Assembly: GCA_000320545.1 (NCBI GenBank) | Contig: ADNK01002977.1 | Span: 1-37,230, forward strand | Source: Bigelowiella natans CCMP2755 | Taxonomy: Eukaryota; Protista; Cercozoa | Length of the DNA: 37,230 nucleotides | Direction of reading: 5' to 3' | Part shown: positions 23,673 through 36,697 of the stretch, in pieces | Layout: each line of letters begins with the position of its first letter | Position numbering within the stretch: position 1 is the stretch's first letter | Position numbers and translations under genes: made by a program | The notes under the pieces: model-generated | The model's database searches: none | Told to the model about the DNA's origin: nothing | The model's input: the letters and a program-made list of their open reading frames with translations, nothing else

Positions 23673-24899
23673 TCAAAGTTCCTCTCTTGAAGTCGAAGGC
23701 AGCTCCAAAGCTTCGCCTTTCCACATTCCGTGGAGGTTGCAATAAGCGTAAGGTGTCACGAATTTGGATCCAGCCTTATGTATGCATGTGGTAATTAGGC
23801 AAGGTTTTGCACCAAATCTATGACTACAAGGTAGGGGGGGAATTCACTTCTCCTGGGCTGGATTACTGCATAATACCCAGAAATAATATGTTGTGATTTG
23901 TGTGCATTTAAACTGCAACGACAAATGTAGCTCTAAATTTTGAAAAAATGAGATAGTACTACCACCATCGAGAGGCGTATTGTATACTTAGGGGCCATCC
24001 CGTCTTGAAGAATCTGAAGTTTGTGGATAGAAAATGATGATTTTGTTTCGTGTTAGAGCGTGTCCAGGTCCAGAGGTGTGCACACTTTTCAACTCGGCAG
24101 TTGAATTTCAGTGGAGTCCAAAAAAAGGAGACTCTTTCGATGCGTGCGTGTGAACGAGTGAACGAACGAAGCAAACTCCAATGACAGTGAACGCAGCTGA
24201 AAGAAACGATCGTCGGAATTCTACTATGTGCGACGAGCGAATAAAGTAAACTTCCGAAAACAATACTACCTCAAGAGCAACGATCTTTCGGTTCTCGTTG
24301 AGCAGAATTAGGTGAGTCACCATGTGGTCGATATTTTTTGCCGCTGATGCCGTTTAAAAGAGGAACGTCAATTGCAATAAGTAATTTCTTCTGTTTTTGT
24401 AAGTATAAATTACCGTGATTCACAGAGATTTCTAGGTTGGAGCCAACAATTTTAATCATTGGAGCGTGAGTTCCAGCTGTTTGTAAAGCGTTGTTATTAT
24501 TGTTATTATTATTATTATTATCATTCACATCATTATTTTCTTCAGTCTTTGAGTTGTACTTACAGACGATGTTATCGTTGTTAGTAACAGTTACATATAT
24601 TGTCACTTAAATAACGATTTTGTTTGTGCACTTTTACCTTTTCCGGCCCACTTCCCTGGAAAATCCACAGAGAAGACATCGTAATCACTCTGCTTATGCA
24701 AAAATTTGTCACTGTCGGATATAAATACCGCATCTTCGCACGTCTACATATGCGTGTGTCTTGTTGGAAATTTGAGATTGAGCACAATGTCTACAACCTC
24801 TTGGAGTTGGTTTAGTCTTTCTCCTCCGATTACTTTTGGATTGGCGAATAGGAGGAGAGGAAGCAAGACCAATATTGGTACAACTCTATCGAACGACAT
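23673..24899 (-). CDS. Superoxide reductase / desulfoferrodoxin ferrous-site domain protein, about 165 aa, with signal peptide and C-terminal REEL; 6 exons
   Basis: Exons 24899-24798, 24743-24638, 24476-24414, 24343-24270, 24013-23963 (or 23966) and 23774-23673, all GT-AG and in phase. Translation: ..KWAGKAGTHAPMI..ISVNHAAKNIDHMVTHLIL..TPYAYCNLHGMWKG..REEL*. Confidence 0.85.
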
Positions 24900-26010
24900 T
24901 CTGGAAGATGTACATACAAAATTATACACGTATCACTCTTTCTTTTCATGTCTACAAACCTTGATATCGTAATTTTGGGCAAGCTTTTTCGAGAAAAGTG
25001 AGTATCGCCGCTACGTCAAACACGCCCGCTAGAAAGAGGTAATTGATTCTCCCCCTCTCTGCTTCGTCGTTCTTCGTCTTTGTTGTCTTCGAATCTCACA
25101 GGCAGAGATGAATCTCGAATCCGATGTAATTATATATTTCTACTTAATACACAGTAGATCCAATTATTACTCGGAAAATAACCCACCAAAAGAAGCCACC
25201 ATCATCAAAGTCAACCAGGGAAACCCGTAATCAACTTTGTCAAATGAAAGGGCTTCATTTTCATCGATTTTCTTACGGTGATTTCACCAAAACAGACTAC
25301 GACTCGTACATGTGCATTTTGTTGTTCGTTGTTGTCGTTCTTTGTTGTCGTTTGTCTCTCATATTGCTAAATAAAATAATACTCATGACACAACGAGCAG
25401 AGAGAGAAAAACGGATCAAGATCCAATTATTTCGCGCGCTTTTCCGTACTCCAAACAATTCGTTTTAAACTGATCGATGTTGCTGAATTTCTTCTCGGCA
25501 AAAGATAGATATTATAAGATTCTATTTGATTTGATGTAAAAGACTTGCTATTTTGGACAACAATCAAATAAAAATCAGCTTTGTCAGAAAACGAGAGTGG
25601 AAGGATCTCCATTGGATCTCTATTTAAAGGGAAAAGGCTTGGGATTTCTTCGGTCTACTCACCAAAAAGGAGACAAATAATGCCCAATCCGATTTCCGCA
25701 CTCATCAGAGTTTTCCGTGATGCGCTGTCCAGAAGGGCTTATAATTACATATAACGACAATGTCTACTATTGCGTCGCAGTTAAAAAGTACATATGTGTT
25801 TCCGTATTGAAATTTCAAAACAAAGCGACGCGTATACCAGTCTCTACGGTCACAATATGAATCTAATCAAGTTCAGAAGCATGAAAATATTGATGTCGCA
25901 ATCTAAAAAAGAGTCTGTTTCCATCACAGTTTTAAGTTTCTTCGCCAAAGAAACAAGCTGAAACTTGGTTTCAGCGCGAAGGCTCCAGACCAAAAAACCA
26001 TAGCACAACT

Positions 26011-29000
26011 ATGCAGTCGCCTGTCCTCGTCCTCAGTAATGGCCTAGTTTAGCATGATAGCTTCCGACCCCATTCCTAAAATTGTTGGCTATCCTAGTCA
26101 GATAGCTCATTTAAAAGTTTTGGGCAGGAATCACATATTTTTAGCGAGCGCGGTGTACCTGCCCAGATTACTAGTTGCGTGTTTTCTAGTTGTGTTTTCT
26201 TGTCACTTCTGTCGAGCGCCCTGACAGTACAACTTCAGAGTTCCACGACTATGTGTTTTCAGGATATTCTTCTTGTATTTGCGAATGTGCAACTAGAAGG
26301 AATAATTATATGACATAATTTATTACTTGAACAGACACAAATACGAAGCGAGAGCAAGGCCGCAAGGCTCAGCTGGGGAACATTGAAGCCGCAAAGGTTT
26401 GTGAGAAAATTGACTATTTGATTTTCATCTGATCAACTACTTTCATGCATAACATTGGAATGATTTCTCTGCAGGCTGTCGCGAGCATTATCCGTACCAC
26501 ATTAGGCCCTAGATCCATGCTTAAAATGATTCTTGACCCCATGGGCGGCCTTGTGATGACCAATGACGGAAATGCGATTTTGCGGGAGATTGATGTGTCT
26601 CATCCTGCCGCAAAGGTACACGCAGTAGCAACGACAGCTATAATACAGGCAGAATGAGAGAAACTCTAATGCGAATGAATCGTATCGTGGACTTCCTCCT
26701 GAGAATACGTGCTTGTTCTAATATAGAGTATGATCGAGTTGAGTCGAACCCAAGACGAAGAGGTTGGGGATGGAACGACATCTGTCATAGTATTGGGTGA
26801 GAAAATAATTTGAAGAATTGCGTTGATTATTATGTTGATCAATGCTCGAGTGTTGAAAATCCCACACTACCTACCTATACAGCGGGCGAAATGTTGACAG
26901 TTGCAAAGCCATTTCTCGAAGAAAACATGCACCCCCGAACAATTGTGGTATGTGAAAGTGTCTTGTATGTATCACACCATCGTCGTCATCATGATTCACT
27001 TCCACACCACCCTTTTTCCTCCTCCCCCCTCTAGATGTCGTACATCAAGGCGATGGATACTGCAATGGAAACTCTGGATAAAATTGCGGTGAAAGTTGAC
27101 CCTACGGATGAGAAAGAGATGATAAAAGTTATTCGCACTACTCTAGGTACAGCAGCAACAGCGTCGCTGGGGTTTTTCACCTTTTACTTTCAATGAAGAA
27201 TCAACATGACTATCGTGCCGCCCATTGGCAACATATCCATATGCATTGACACACTGCCCCCTCCCCCTTTGTGTTTAGGAACCAAATTCGTCAAGCGATT
27301 TGGAGATCTCATCCCCAAAATTGCCATCGAAGCGGTCCGCAAAGTTTCCGTCGAGGAGATGAAAACGAAGGTGATTGACATCAAGCGTTTCATCCGCGTG
27401 GAAAAGATTCCAGGTGGGATGCTGGAAGAGTCGGAAGTGCTCAACGGAATCGCCGTCTCCAAAGATGTTGTCAATCCGAACATGAGCCGACGAGTAGTCA
27501 ACCCCCGCATTGTTCTGCTTGACTGTCCCCTGGAGTATAAAAAGGGAGAGTCTCAGACGAACCTTGAATTCACTAAAGATATGGACTTTGAGCAAGGTTG
27601 CTATCATCATAACATACACATATAACAACATGTATGATGATCATCATCATCTAACACAATTCACATGATGCCACTTATGATCGCAATGAACAACACTAAT
27701 ACGCTAGCGACAAGCAAGACAAGAAATCTGATTGTAGTAGTGTATCAAGGCTGCTGCTGCTGCTGTATCCCTTCTGTTTTTTTTGCACTTATTCTTTGCA
27801 CTGATTTTTCTCTCCATGTAGCTCTTCGAATGGAAGAAGCATACATCCAGCAAATGTGTAAGGACATAATCAAAATGAAGCCAACCGTAGTCTGCACGGA
27901 GAAAGGTGTCTCTGATTACGCTCAGCACTTCCTGATAAAGGCTGGGATCTCTGTACTTCGCCGCTTAAGGAAGATGGACAACAACAGAATTGCAAGAGCA
28001 GTCGGTGCTACTATCATCAACGATCCTTCAGATCTCAAGGAGGAATATGTTGGCAAGAAATGCGGCCTATTTGAGATTCGAAAGATCGGTGATGAGTACT
28101 TCACTTACTTCGATCAGTGCAAAGAGCCAAAGGCGTGCTCCATCCTCCTCAGAGGGGCAGGAAAGGATGTGCTCAACGAAATCGAGAGGAATCTCCAAGA
28201 TGCAATGCATGTGGCCAGACAGTTACACATGGACCCTAGAGTCCTTCCTGGGGGGGGGGCTACCGAAATGGCAGTAGCGCAAGCTCTCATCAGAAAGGCC
28301 AAGACCATCAAAACCACCGAACAGAGGTACACCCATCATCACATATGTATATGGGAGGGGCAATCTGACAACAAACCTCATGACATCGTGATGATGATGA
28401 TGGTGATGATGATGATGATGATGATAGTGATGATAGTGATGGCAGGCTGCTCTCCTATCGTACTACTTTTGATGTGATGATGGTGGTGAGTTATAGCTGC
28501 TGCAACACCGTTCTCCTTATATATATGTAGTTATTATTACATACGATCGAGCCCTCTTACGTCGTGGTTGTTCCATACGATAGACTGCTCTTACGTACTT
28601 TTTCCTCCCTCTTACCTATGTTTTGTCCTTCGTTTTCTCTTCAAATAACAAGACCTTTCGAGGCTTTAGCTGCCGCATTTGAAGTGATCCCAAGAACTTT
28701 GATGGAGAACTGCGGATGCAAGATCATCAGGGTGATGACAGAGCTCAGGGCAAAGCACGCAGAAGGAAAAGAAATGTACTGGGGTGTTAATGGCAACACG
28801 GGTGAAATAGAAGACATGCGAAAGCTTGCAGTCCTTCAACCCATTAGTGTCAAAATGCAGACTTTGAAGACGGCGATCGAGGTGAGAATGATGAGAAAGG
28901 ATTGATATATTTATTACAGCAACTAATCATCATTTCGAAGAGCATTTTCTTACCATCATTTCTTTACATTTCGCATGAAAGCAACGATCATTCCAACAAC

Positions 29001-29468
29001 AAATCCTTGTTTTCATTCTTAAACGGACCAATTATATCGCATCATAGCCCGATTTACTTCGATTTTTTTTTAGTTTGGGTGACGTAACATCATTAAGAAG
29101 ATGACCATAGATTTCTTCATCACCTTGTCTTTCTGTTTTGCTGTCCCTCAATACCATGTGTTGGTACTTATTATGATTTATCTATCCCCTCTTAGTCAAG
29201 CTGCATGCTCCTTCGAATCGACGATATCGTTTCTGGATTGACCAACAAAGAGCAGTAAGTAGTCGGATGAGCTACTATAACCTACTACTACTACTACTGC
29301 TGCTCCTACTCCCCAACTTCGTTGTCGCGTAGCGACAGATCGAGGAATTTTAATTGGAGGGACAGATTGTGCAGATGTCGCATGATTGCCTGCACTGGGC
29401 GGATAGCTCACTATATAATTGTAGTAACCCACATCGTCTGCAGCACAGCGAAGGCACAGATGGCATGA
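26011..29468 (+). CDS. CCT3: T-complex protein 1 subunit gamma (chaperonin CCT3); 10-11 exons
   Basis: MQSPVLVLNTNTKREQGRKAQLGNI; RTTLGPRSMLKM; TNDGNAILREI; QDEEVGDGTTSV; RVEKIPGG; IVLLDCPLEYKKGESQT; EKGVSD; ERNLQDAM; PGGGATEM; LLRIDDIVSG. Stop near 29258 if unspliced, or at 29468 with a final exon. Confidence 0.97.
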
Positions 29469-29539
29469 ATCATGTAGCTACACGTATACGCCTTGACGCA
29501 GCACTAGAATAATAACTGAATTAATATTGTGGATTATGA

Positions 29540-30380
29540 TAAAAATGGACTCGTCGCTAGCAGCTAGCTAGGTATAGCATGGTTGACTAATAGCCCTGCT
29601 TGCATCTAGATTTCTGGTAGTCAGCTAGTCAGGAACGCTCTAGACGCTGCGCTACCATCATATGCACCAGTGCAGTACATCGTTAATCGATCAGAGATTG
29701 ATCTATACATCGATACGTACATGCATGTGATTGTCTAGCTAGCTAGCTAGCTAGCTGCGCACGTATAGACGATGCACATCTAGCTATAGCTAGCTCTAGA
29801 GCTAGACACGCTGCGACACCAGCTAGCTAGCTCTAGAGCTAGCAGCAAAAGCGGGCTAGCGGGTTGGAGCATGCATGCACTGACCTCTATCTAGCTTGCA
29901 CGTAGCTAGCTAGCTAGCAGCTCTAGAGCTAGCTAGCAGCTAACAGCCATATGGATGAGAGGCGGCCGTTCATGAAACGTGATTTGCCATCAACAAGTCG
30001 CATGCAATAACGTAACAATGCATCTCGGCATCCCTCATCCACATGCTAGCATGGTCATCTATAGTTGTGGCAGCCGACATGACTGAAACTAAATGATGCA
30101 CGTCGAGCTTGCATGCTGCATGACAAGTCCATCTGCTAGCCATGTGCACACGCATCTTGTCTGCTGGCCACATCTGCATGGTGGACACATGCAACAATGA
30201 TTCGTCGAGTGCCATGTGCACACATGTCTGCTACACATCTAGACATGCATGGCTAGACAGCTGCACGGCTAGATGGCCTATCTGGACAAAGCAATCATGC
30301 CCTCGTGTGCACATCTAGATTCATGCGCAAAGGAATGTGGCTACATCCAAACACGTTCTGCTGTCATATCATGATGTGAG
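29540..30380. other. Intergenic block 5: (AGCT)n/CTAG-rich tract followed by TpA-poor, TG/CA-rich sequence
   Basis: gctagctagc arrays at about 29735-29756, 29821-29843 and 29903-29941. TA in 30095-30345 occurs only after C, mostly as CTAG. Confidence 0.75.
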
Positions 30381-30457
30381 TGCAAATGATAGGGTGGCAA
30401 GGTATCGTCAATCATGGTATGGTGTTTATCCAATATGGGGTCAAATGACGTTAGTTA

Positions 30458-30803
30458 TTAGAGCACAATCCTTGGTGGCGGCCCCGCCGGAGTCCCTACT
30501 GCTGCCTTATTCTTATTATCCCCCTCTTCTGCTACGATCTTGCTTGATTTTGCTGCTGTTTCGCGATGAGAAGCAGAATCGGTTTCCCTGGAGATCAATC
30601 CGCCCCCAAAGTACCCACCATCTCTCAGGCCAAAGCTCTGGTCATCGCTTGATGAGCCTGTAGCAGCAGAGGAGGTGAGGGCTGAGATATTTCTTGTGGT
30701 TGGTACAGAACTACAATTGCACTTGCCTGAAGGATGCTTTGTTCGCATTTTCTGCCGCCGGGATGGTCCTGGGGGCCGCTTATTGAAGATTGAACTACCG
30801 ATC

Positions 30804-30844
<41 letters not shown>

Positions 30845-33800
30845 GGGGTTGGAGAGGATAGAGATGGAGAGATTGGGTAATTAGGAATCTACTACATTGG
30901 TAATGACGATATCATTAAGAATAGAAGACAGATCACTTAGTACAACCAACTCGCGAAGAAACAAGAGAGTGGGTGTTTCTTTCATTGAGAGTGAATGATC
31001 GATCGACCGATGACCTTGGCGATAAAGGAGTCGTTGTTGCCGTGTTGACCGATGATACTGGAGAGTAGTTTACTGATCGTGGTGTCCCCACCCCACCCTT
31101 CTCGGAAGTGCCGAGTAGCGTGACATCGAAGAGAGCGCACACGGGCTTGTGATCACTCTCTGTGACAGTGGATATACCTGATGATGACGGAAATAATAAT
31201 AAGAGGCAACATTTCATGAGATGCTATTTAAAGTAAGCTGACGGCATTAGAGATTGTTATTCTACGACTGACTTCTATAGAAGCGCTGCAAAACTGTGCA
31301 CACTCTTTGGTCACGCCACCTATGTGAGAAGAAGAACACAGAAGGAAAAGAATAATTAGGGGGTGAGCAGAGAAGAATAGCAAGATAATGACGACGAGCC
31401 AAGGCGCTGTTGTTACCATAGAATCCTATCACACCACGCAGGAACCCTCTTCTCATTATACGTGTTCGTTCCGACTTTAAACTTGAACGTTGGTGGGAAA
31501 TGGATAGGCCCCTGTGAGATGATGATTCACATTCATACCTCTCATTTCTTGATAATGGCTACACGATGTGTTTGTATATATATTCATATGGACACATCGC
31601 CGTTCCCAAACAGCACTTTTGTTGATAATGATAATAGACGAGACTACCTCTGTGAAGCGTAGAAACACTTTCCCCTCGGCACGTTGCTTGGTGAGTTGTT
31701 CGAACGATATTAGGCTAGACCAGTCGGCCTTCTCAATCAGCTTTTTCACTGTTGCGGTAGAGGAGGGAGGGGAGGAGGGGGGGGAGAGGTTTATAACTAA
31801 AAGAAGAGATGGATGTGCTATTTTGTACACTGATACAGAAGAAGAAAAAGATTGAGAGAAGTCTTGAGGAAGAAATCTCATGAATATATGTTCTTAAGGT
31901 AATATAGAAACAAACAAGCTGCTCTCCTCCCCATCTCCCTTCCCCCAACTTCTCTACTAACTACTACCTATGTTGGCGCCTTTGATATCGATACGATAGT
32001 TGAGGTCACCCATGCAGAATATGATCTCGTCAAGGCCGTGTTCCGACGGATCGACGCAAAAACGTCGCCATATCTGTGATGATAGGAACTCAGTTGGACG
32101 ATGACGATGATGATAATGACGATGACAATGATGATGACGATGACGACGACGAGGGTTGGTTGCTGCTCGTAAAATCATCAATCATCGAGAATTCATGAGT
32201 TGAGAAAGACTTCACTACTTCTCTCATGCATGGGAAACATACACTGAAAGTTCTCTTTGGGACGAGGAGAAGCATGGGAAATCAGTGGACAGTGTAAAAA
32301 GTAGCAGCAGCAGTAGTAGTAGTAGTAGTCGTCATCGTCGTTCTACTACTTTGTTTAAGTCTCGGTTGCGTGCCTCCACGTTCTGCTGGTGAGCTGTCAG
32401 ATGGCAATTTAGCACCATGAATCTAACACAACATTTATTATCACCGTGTAGTAGCAGGATGTGAGAAGAATTAGCTGCGCAACATATGATCACGAGACAA
32501 TAACGAAGACGAACAAATTTCATTGCACCCCCCCCCCCTTTCCCCATTTCACTTTCACCCTCCTCCTCCTCCTATACTGCTGCTGCTGCTGCTGCTTTCA
32601 TACCTATGACCATACACTCTGAACCTGGCTGCGACCGAGCCTTTGTTCCCACCAACGCCTATTTATCATGTTAAATATCAAATCGATTAGGATTAGAACG
32701 ATGGTTGCATGGTAAAGAGGGCTGCTGTTGCTGCCGCTGCTGCTGATGATGATGCTCGTGATGACGTTGATTGATGACACCAGCATGCACAGATGTCTGC
32801 CGCACTTGCTCACCACCCGTTGTTCTCTCTTTGCCAACACAAGAAATTTTAAAAAATGAGATAAAAATTGAAACTTCTCTCACCCATTACGCCGACGCCA
32901 ACGGTGTATTCATGGACCCCATCCATGTTAATAGCGACTTGCGCTGTCGCATAAACGAGCAGCAACATCCCGACAAGGTGCGTTTTAACGACTAGCCGAT
33001 AAGCCCCTAGCAAATAAGATGAATGAAATAACAACGATGATGATGATGATGATGATGATGATGACGATGATGATGACGGCCAACAATAGCAGTGAAGATA
33101 CTGATATGTACATGCATGCGATGACGCAATGAATGTGTGAGCAGGATAATGAAATTATACCTTTTGGCGCAGTAACCCTGAGAGCCTGTTCAATAGCTCG
33201 CTGCCAAGGCCGGGACACATCACGGTTTAGCAGCACCTCTCGTGCCTATTGTGCAAGCAGCAACAGCATGTGAGAGTAGATAATGATTCATGAAACAGGA
33301 GGAGGAGCAGAACAACTGGCACCACTACTTGTACTAATATTACTATTACTACCAAACTCTTCTCTACCTTGAGCTCTACGGTTTCTTGTAGACCTATGAT
33401 GTACAAGTCGGCTTGAAATCTTTGCCTCTCATCATCACCCCCCCCTCCATCCTCTATCCCAGCGCCGTTCATCGTGCTACTGCCGTCGTCCTCGTTTTGG
33501 CGATAATAGCCATTGTTATTTCTACTTTTTCCATCGCCCTCGCCTCCTCCCTTCGTATCAGCATTGTAGTAGGTTCTGCTCCCTGCTGTACCACTCTCAC
33601 CACTCAACCACAGCTCCAAAGCTTTCCTCGACGGTATTTGCGCATTGCAATTCCACGTCGCGGAAAAGACCGTCAGGTTTTTATTTTCCTTGGCCATGGG
33701 AACAGGGACAAAAGAACGCGATATCTGTAGGTATTATCACCGTCATCGATTGATTATTAATTACCAACAGAGTGTAGTATAAGGGATGATACGGTAGGAT

Positions 33801-34206
33801 GATGTAATTGTTGTATGTAGGAGCAAGGAGAAGACTTGGAAAAGTAAGAGGAAATTAGTTAAAGCTTAATATAAAAATTGTTAAAGCTAATATCAGGATT
33901 CATCATGTTAGGAAGGTGTTTTGGTTTGATTCTTGACTTGACTCTATTCACCCCCTCCATCCCTCTTCCTCCCCCATCCATCTACCCTTTCTGTTCTCTC
34001 TCTCTCTCTCTTCTATCTCCTACAGCTCATCGTACATTCATATCGGGATTTCCATTAGTTGGAGTTGTTGTTTTCGATGTCCCCCCTATCGCGCGCGGAT
34101 ATTTGAAGAACTCACGATTGCGCTGGTGACCGCTACGATTGGGGGGGGTACCCGCCACGCTGTGAGGAATGCGACCATCAACAAGAACAGCCTGGAATAC
34201 AATAAG

Positions 34207-34250
<44 letters not shown>

Positions 34251-35429
34251 AGAGAATGGGATAATTAGGATACGACAACGGCATCAATTAGGTCACTGTA
34301 TCTTCGATTATCATCATCATCATCATCATCACCATGATCTACCGTCACAGCCCTTCTCCGTTCCATCGCAGTTCTAAAGGACGATGCACAATCAGCGCTC
34401 GATGCCCTTATTCGTGAGGATTGGTCTCCCCCTGATGCTGGAGTTGCTATTCCCGTCATCGGATTATTAGCTTTGCTATTCGGGGTGATCGGACGGTGTC
34501 TTCTACCCCTTCCTCGCGATGCCGCTCTCCCCACAGAGCTCGATCTACCCGCGGATGATGTTGATGATGACTCAGCACCCTTCCCCGATGAAGCCCCGCA
34601 GCATTTTCTGAGCTTGCTCTCCCACATGTCCCTCTCCTTGGAGGTGGGGGCTAGGTACTCTATCTGCATCCCTGATGACTTTATCGAAAACCAGCACTCG
34701 AGGTGCTCCTCCTCCAGCTCATCCTCTCGGGGCATGATGGCAAAGGCCTTGAGAGCGTGAGAATGCACTGGCTTCACGTTGTTCCCTGAGGAGGTTTGGT
34801 ACTCCGCGAGCTTGTACTTACCATCCACCATCTAACGCCGCCGAGTTAATTAATAACAACAACAACAATACAACAACAACATATGTTACCTTGTACGATG
34901 AAGACAGCAACAACAACTAATATCTTTATACAAATTCTATTCCCTCTCCCCCCCCTCTGTCGCTCTTTATTAATCACAACCTGAAGCTCGATCCTGCGTT
35001 CCTTGAAGTCCTTAACGTCAGAGTTGTACTTTTTCTTTTCACCTCCTAACCCTATCGTCACACCTATTCTCTTCTTGCCCGACGTATGATAATGGTGTCC
35101 CTTACTACTACTGCTGGTCCCCCACACCCTTCTCCTTCTCTTTCGCACGCCAACAACGCCTGACGCTAGCAAGAATGGAGTCTTGTAGTTGTACAAGCTC
35201 TCGGATTGGAAGAACACCTTGCCTGATATTACACCAGTCGCAGTAGTAGTAGTAGTAGTAGTAGTAGTAGCAGTAGTAGAGGTAACGGCGATAAATATAG
35301 TCAGAAAGCTAGTAGACAATCTCTCTCTCTCTCAGTACACATATATTTTCCAGCACAAGAACAAGGCCGTCGCTCATCACCCTTCTAGATGTTGTATCAT
35401 ATTGCACGCGGTAGTAGGATGGTAGTAGC

Positions 35430-35460
<31 letters not shown>

Positions 35461-35859
35461 CCTTGCTTCTTCTCGAGTCGTGTCTTGAAGGAAGGGGTGA
35501 TGAGCTTATGCTCCAACAGCAATTGCCCTATCTGCAATGATGTGTGTTTTGATTGATTGATTGGTTTTTACTACGGGATGATGGTGATGATGATACATAA
35601 GCAAACAACTCATTTTTTCCCCGATGATGTTTCCTATCACAGTTGTGCATCATGCCATCCTTGAACTTTTTCCTCTTCTACTTATGATTCACTTCTCTAC
35701 TACACGCTACTGCCTCTACTACCACTCAGTATCAACACTTTGTAATAATAATGCTGCTGCTGCTGCTGCTGCGTTGTACAGGGACACTACTACTGCTTTC
35801 TCGAATGACCGATTATCCTCCACCCCCACAAAATATACATGGCAGCATGCACGGATGAT

Positions 35860-35893
<34 letters not shown>

Positions 35894-36598
35894 ACACTCC
35901 TCTCTTGAAGAGTACTACTTACTCACTCGCTTACTCACTTACTCACCCCCTCTGCTTGTTCCAATGTGTGGATATCTTCGGAGTCAGCCAACAGCCACAA
36001 TATCATTGCACCCCCCGAGAAGCATTTCTTGTACGCCTTCGATCCAAACATGTGCGTGTGCGGCTTTAGCCTGTAGTAAGGTGCAACGACATGTATATCA
36101 GTCCTTTGGCCCCCTTTCATTCGTTGTTGTGCTCTCTTCCCTCCCTCTTGTCCTCCTCCTTCCCCCTTCATCATAAAAACAACCCATTCACTATGCCGTG
36201 ACTTACTCTAATGCTGCACGTCTGGCCATCGTATCGAGGTCAAATGCTGACCATTCTCTCTTCTTCTGCTGCTGCTGCGGCTGCTGGTGGTGGGGAGGAG
36301 GCTGCTGCTGTGAAGACGATGCGTCTAGGAACAAACACAACACAACCACAACCACAATCATATACGATGACGAAAGGGACAAAGATGATGATGCTGATGG
36401 TGATGATGATGATAAGGGTAAGAGTAAAATAGGAACAGGGGGGAGGAGGGGGAGGAGGGGGAGATTTGTTTACCACCGCTGACATGTGTTATATTGCTTA
36501 TGTTGGTTTGGACGCGCTGATGAGCAGCCCTTCTACGCGCACGTGGCCGTCTCTCTGCGAATGCAATATTTTAAGAGAGGAAACAAGAAGGATATCAT

Positions 36599-36636
<38 letters not shown>

Positions 36637-36663
36637 GATCATATCTCACTTATAAATAACAAC

Positions 36664-36697
<34 letters not shown>

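Noticed and set aside
26011-29468. Alternative genetic code or non-canonical splicing in conserved genes
   Set aside because: CCT3 and the other conserved genes assemble with the standard code and GT-AG introns.
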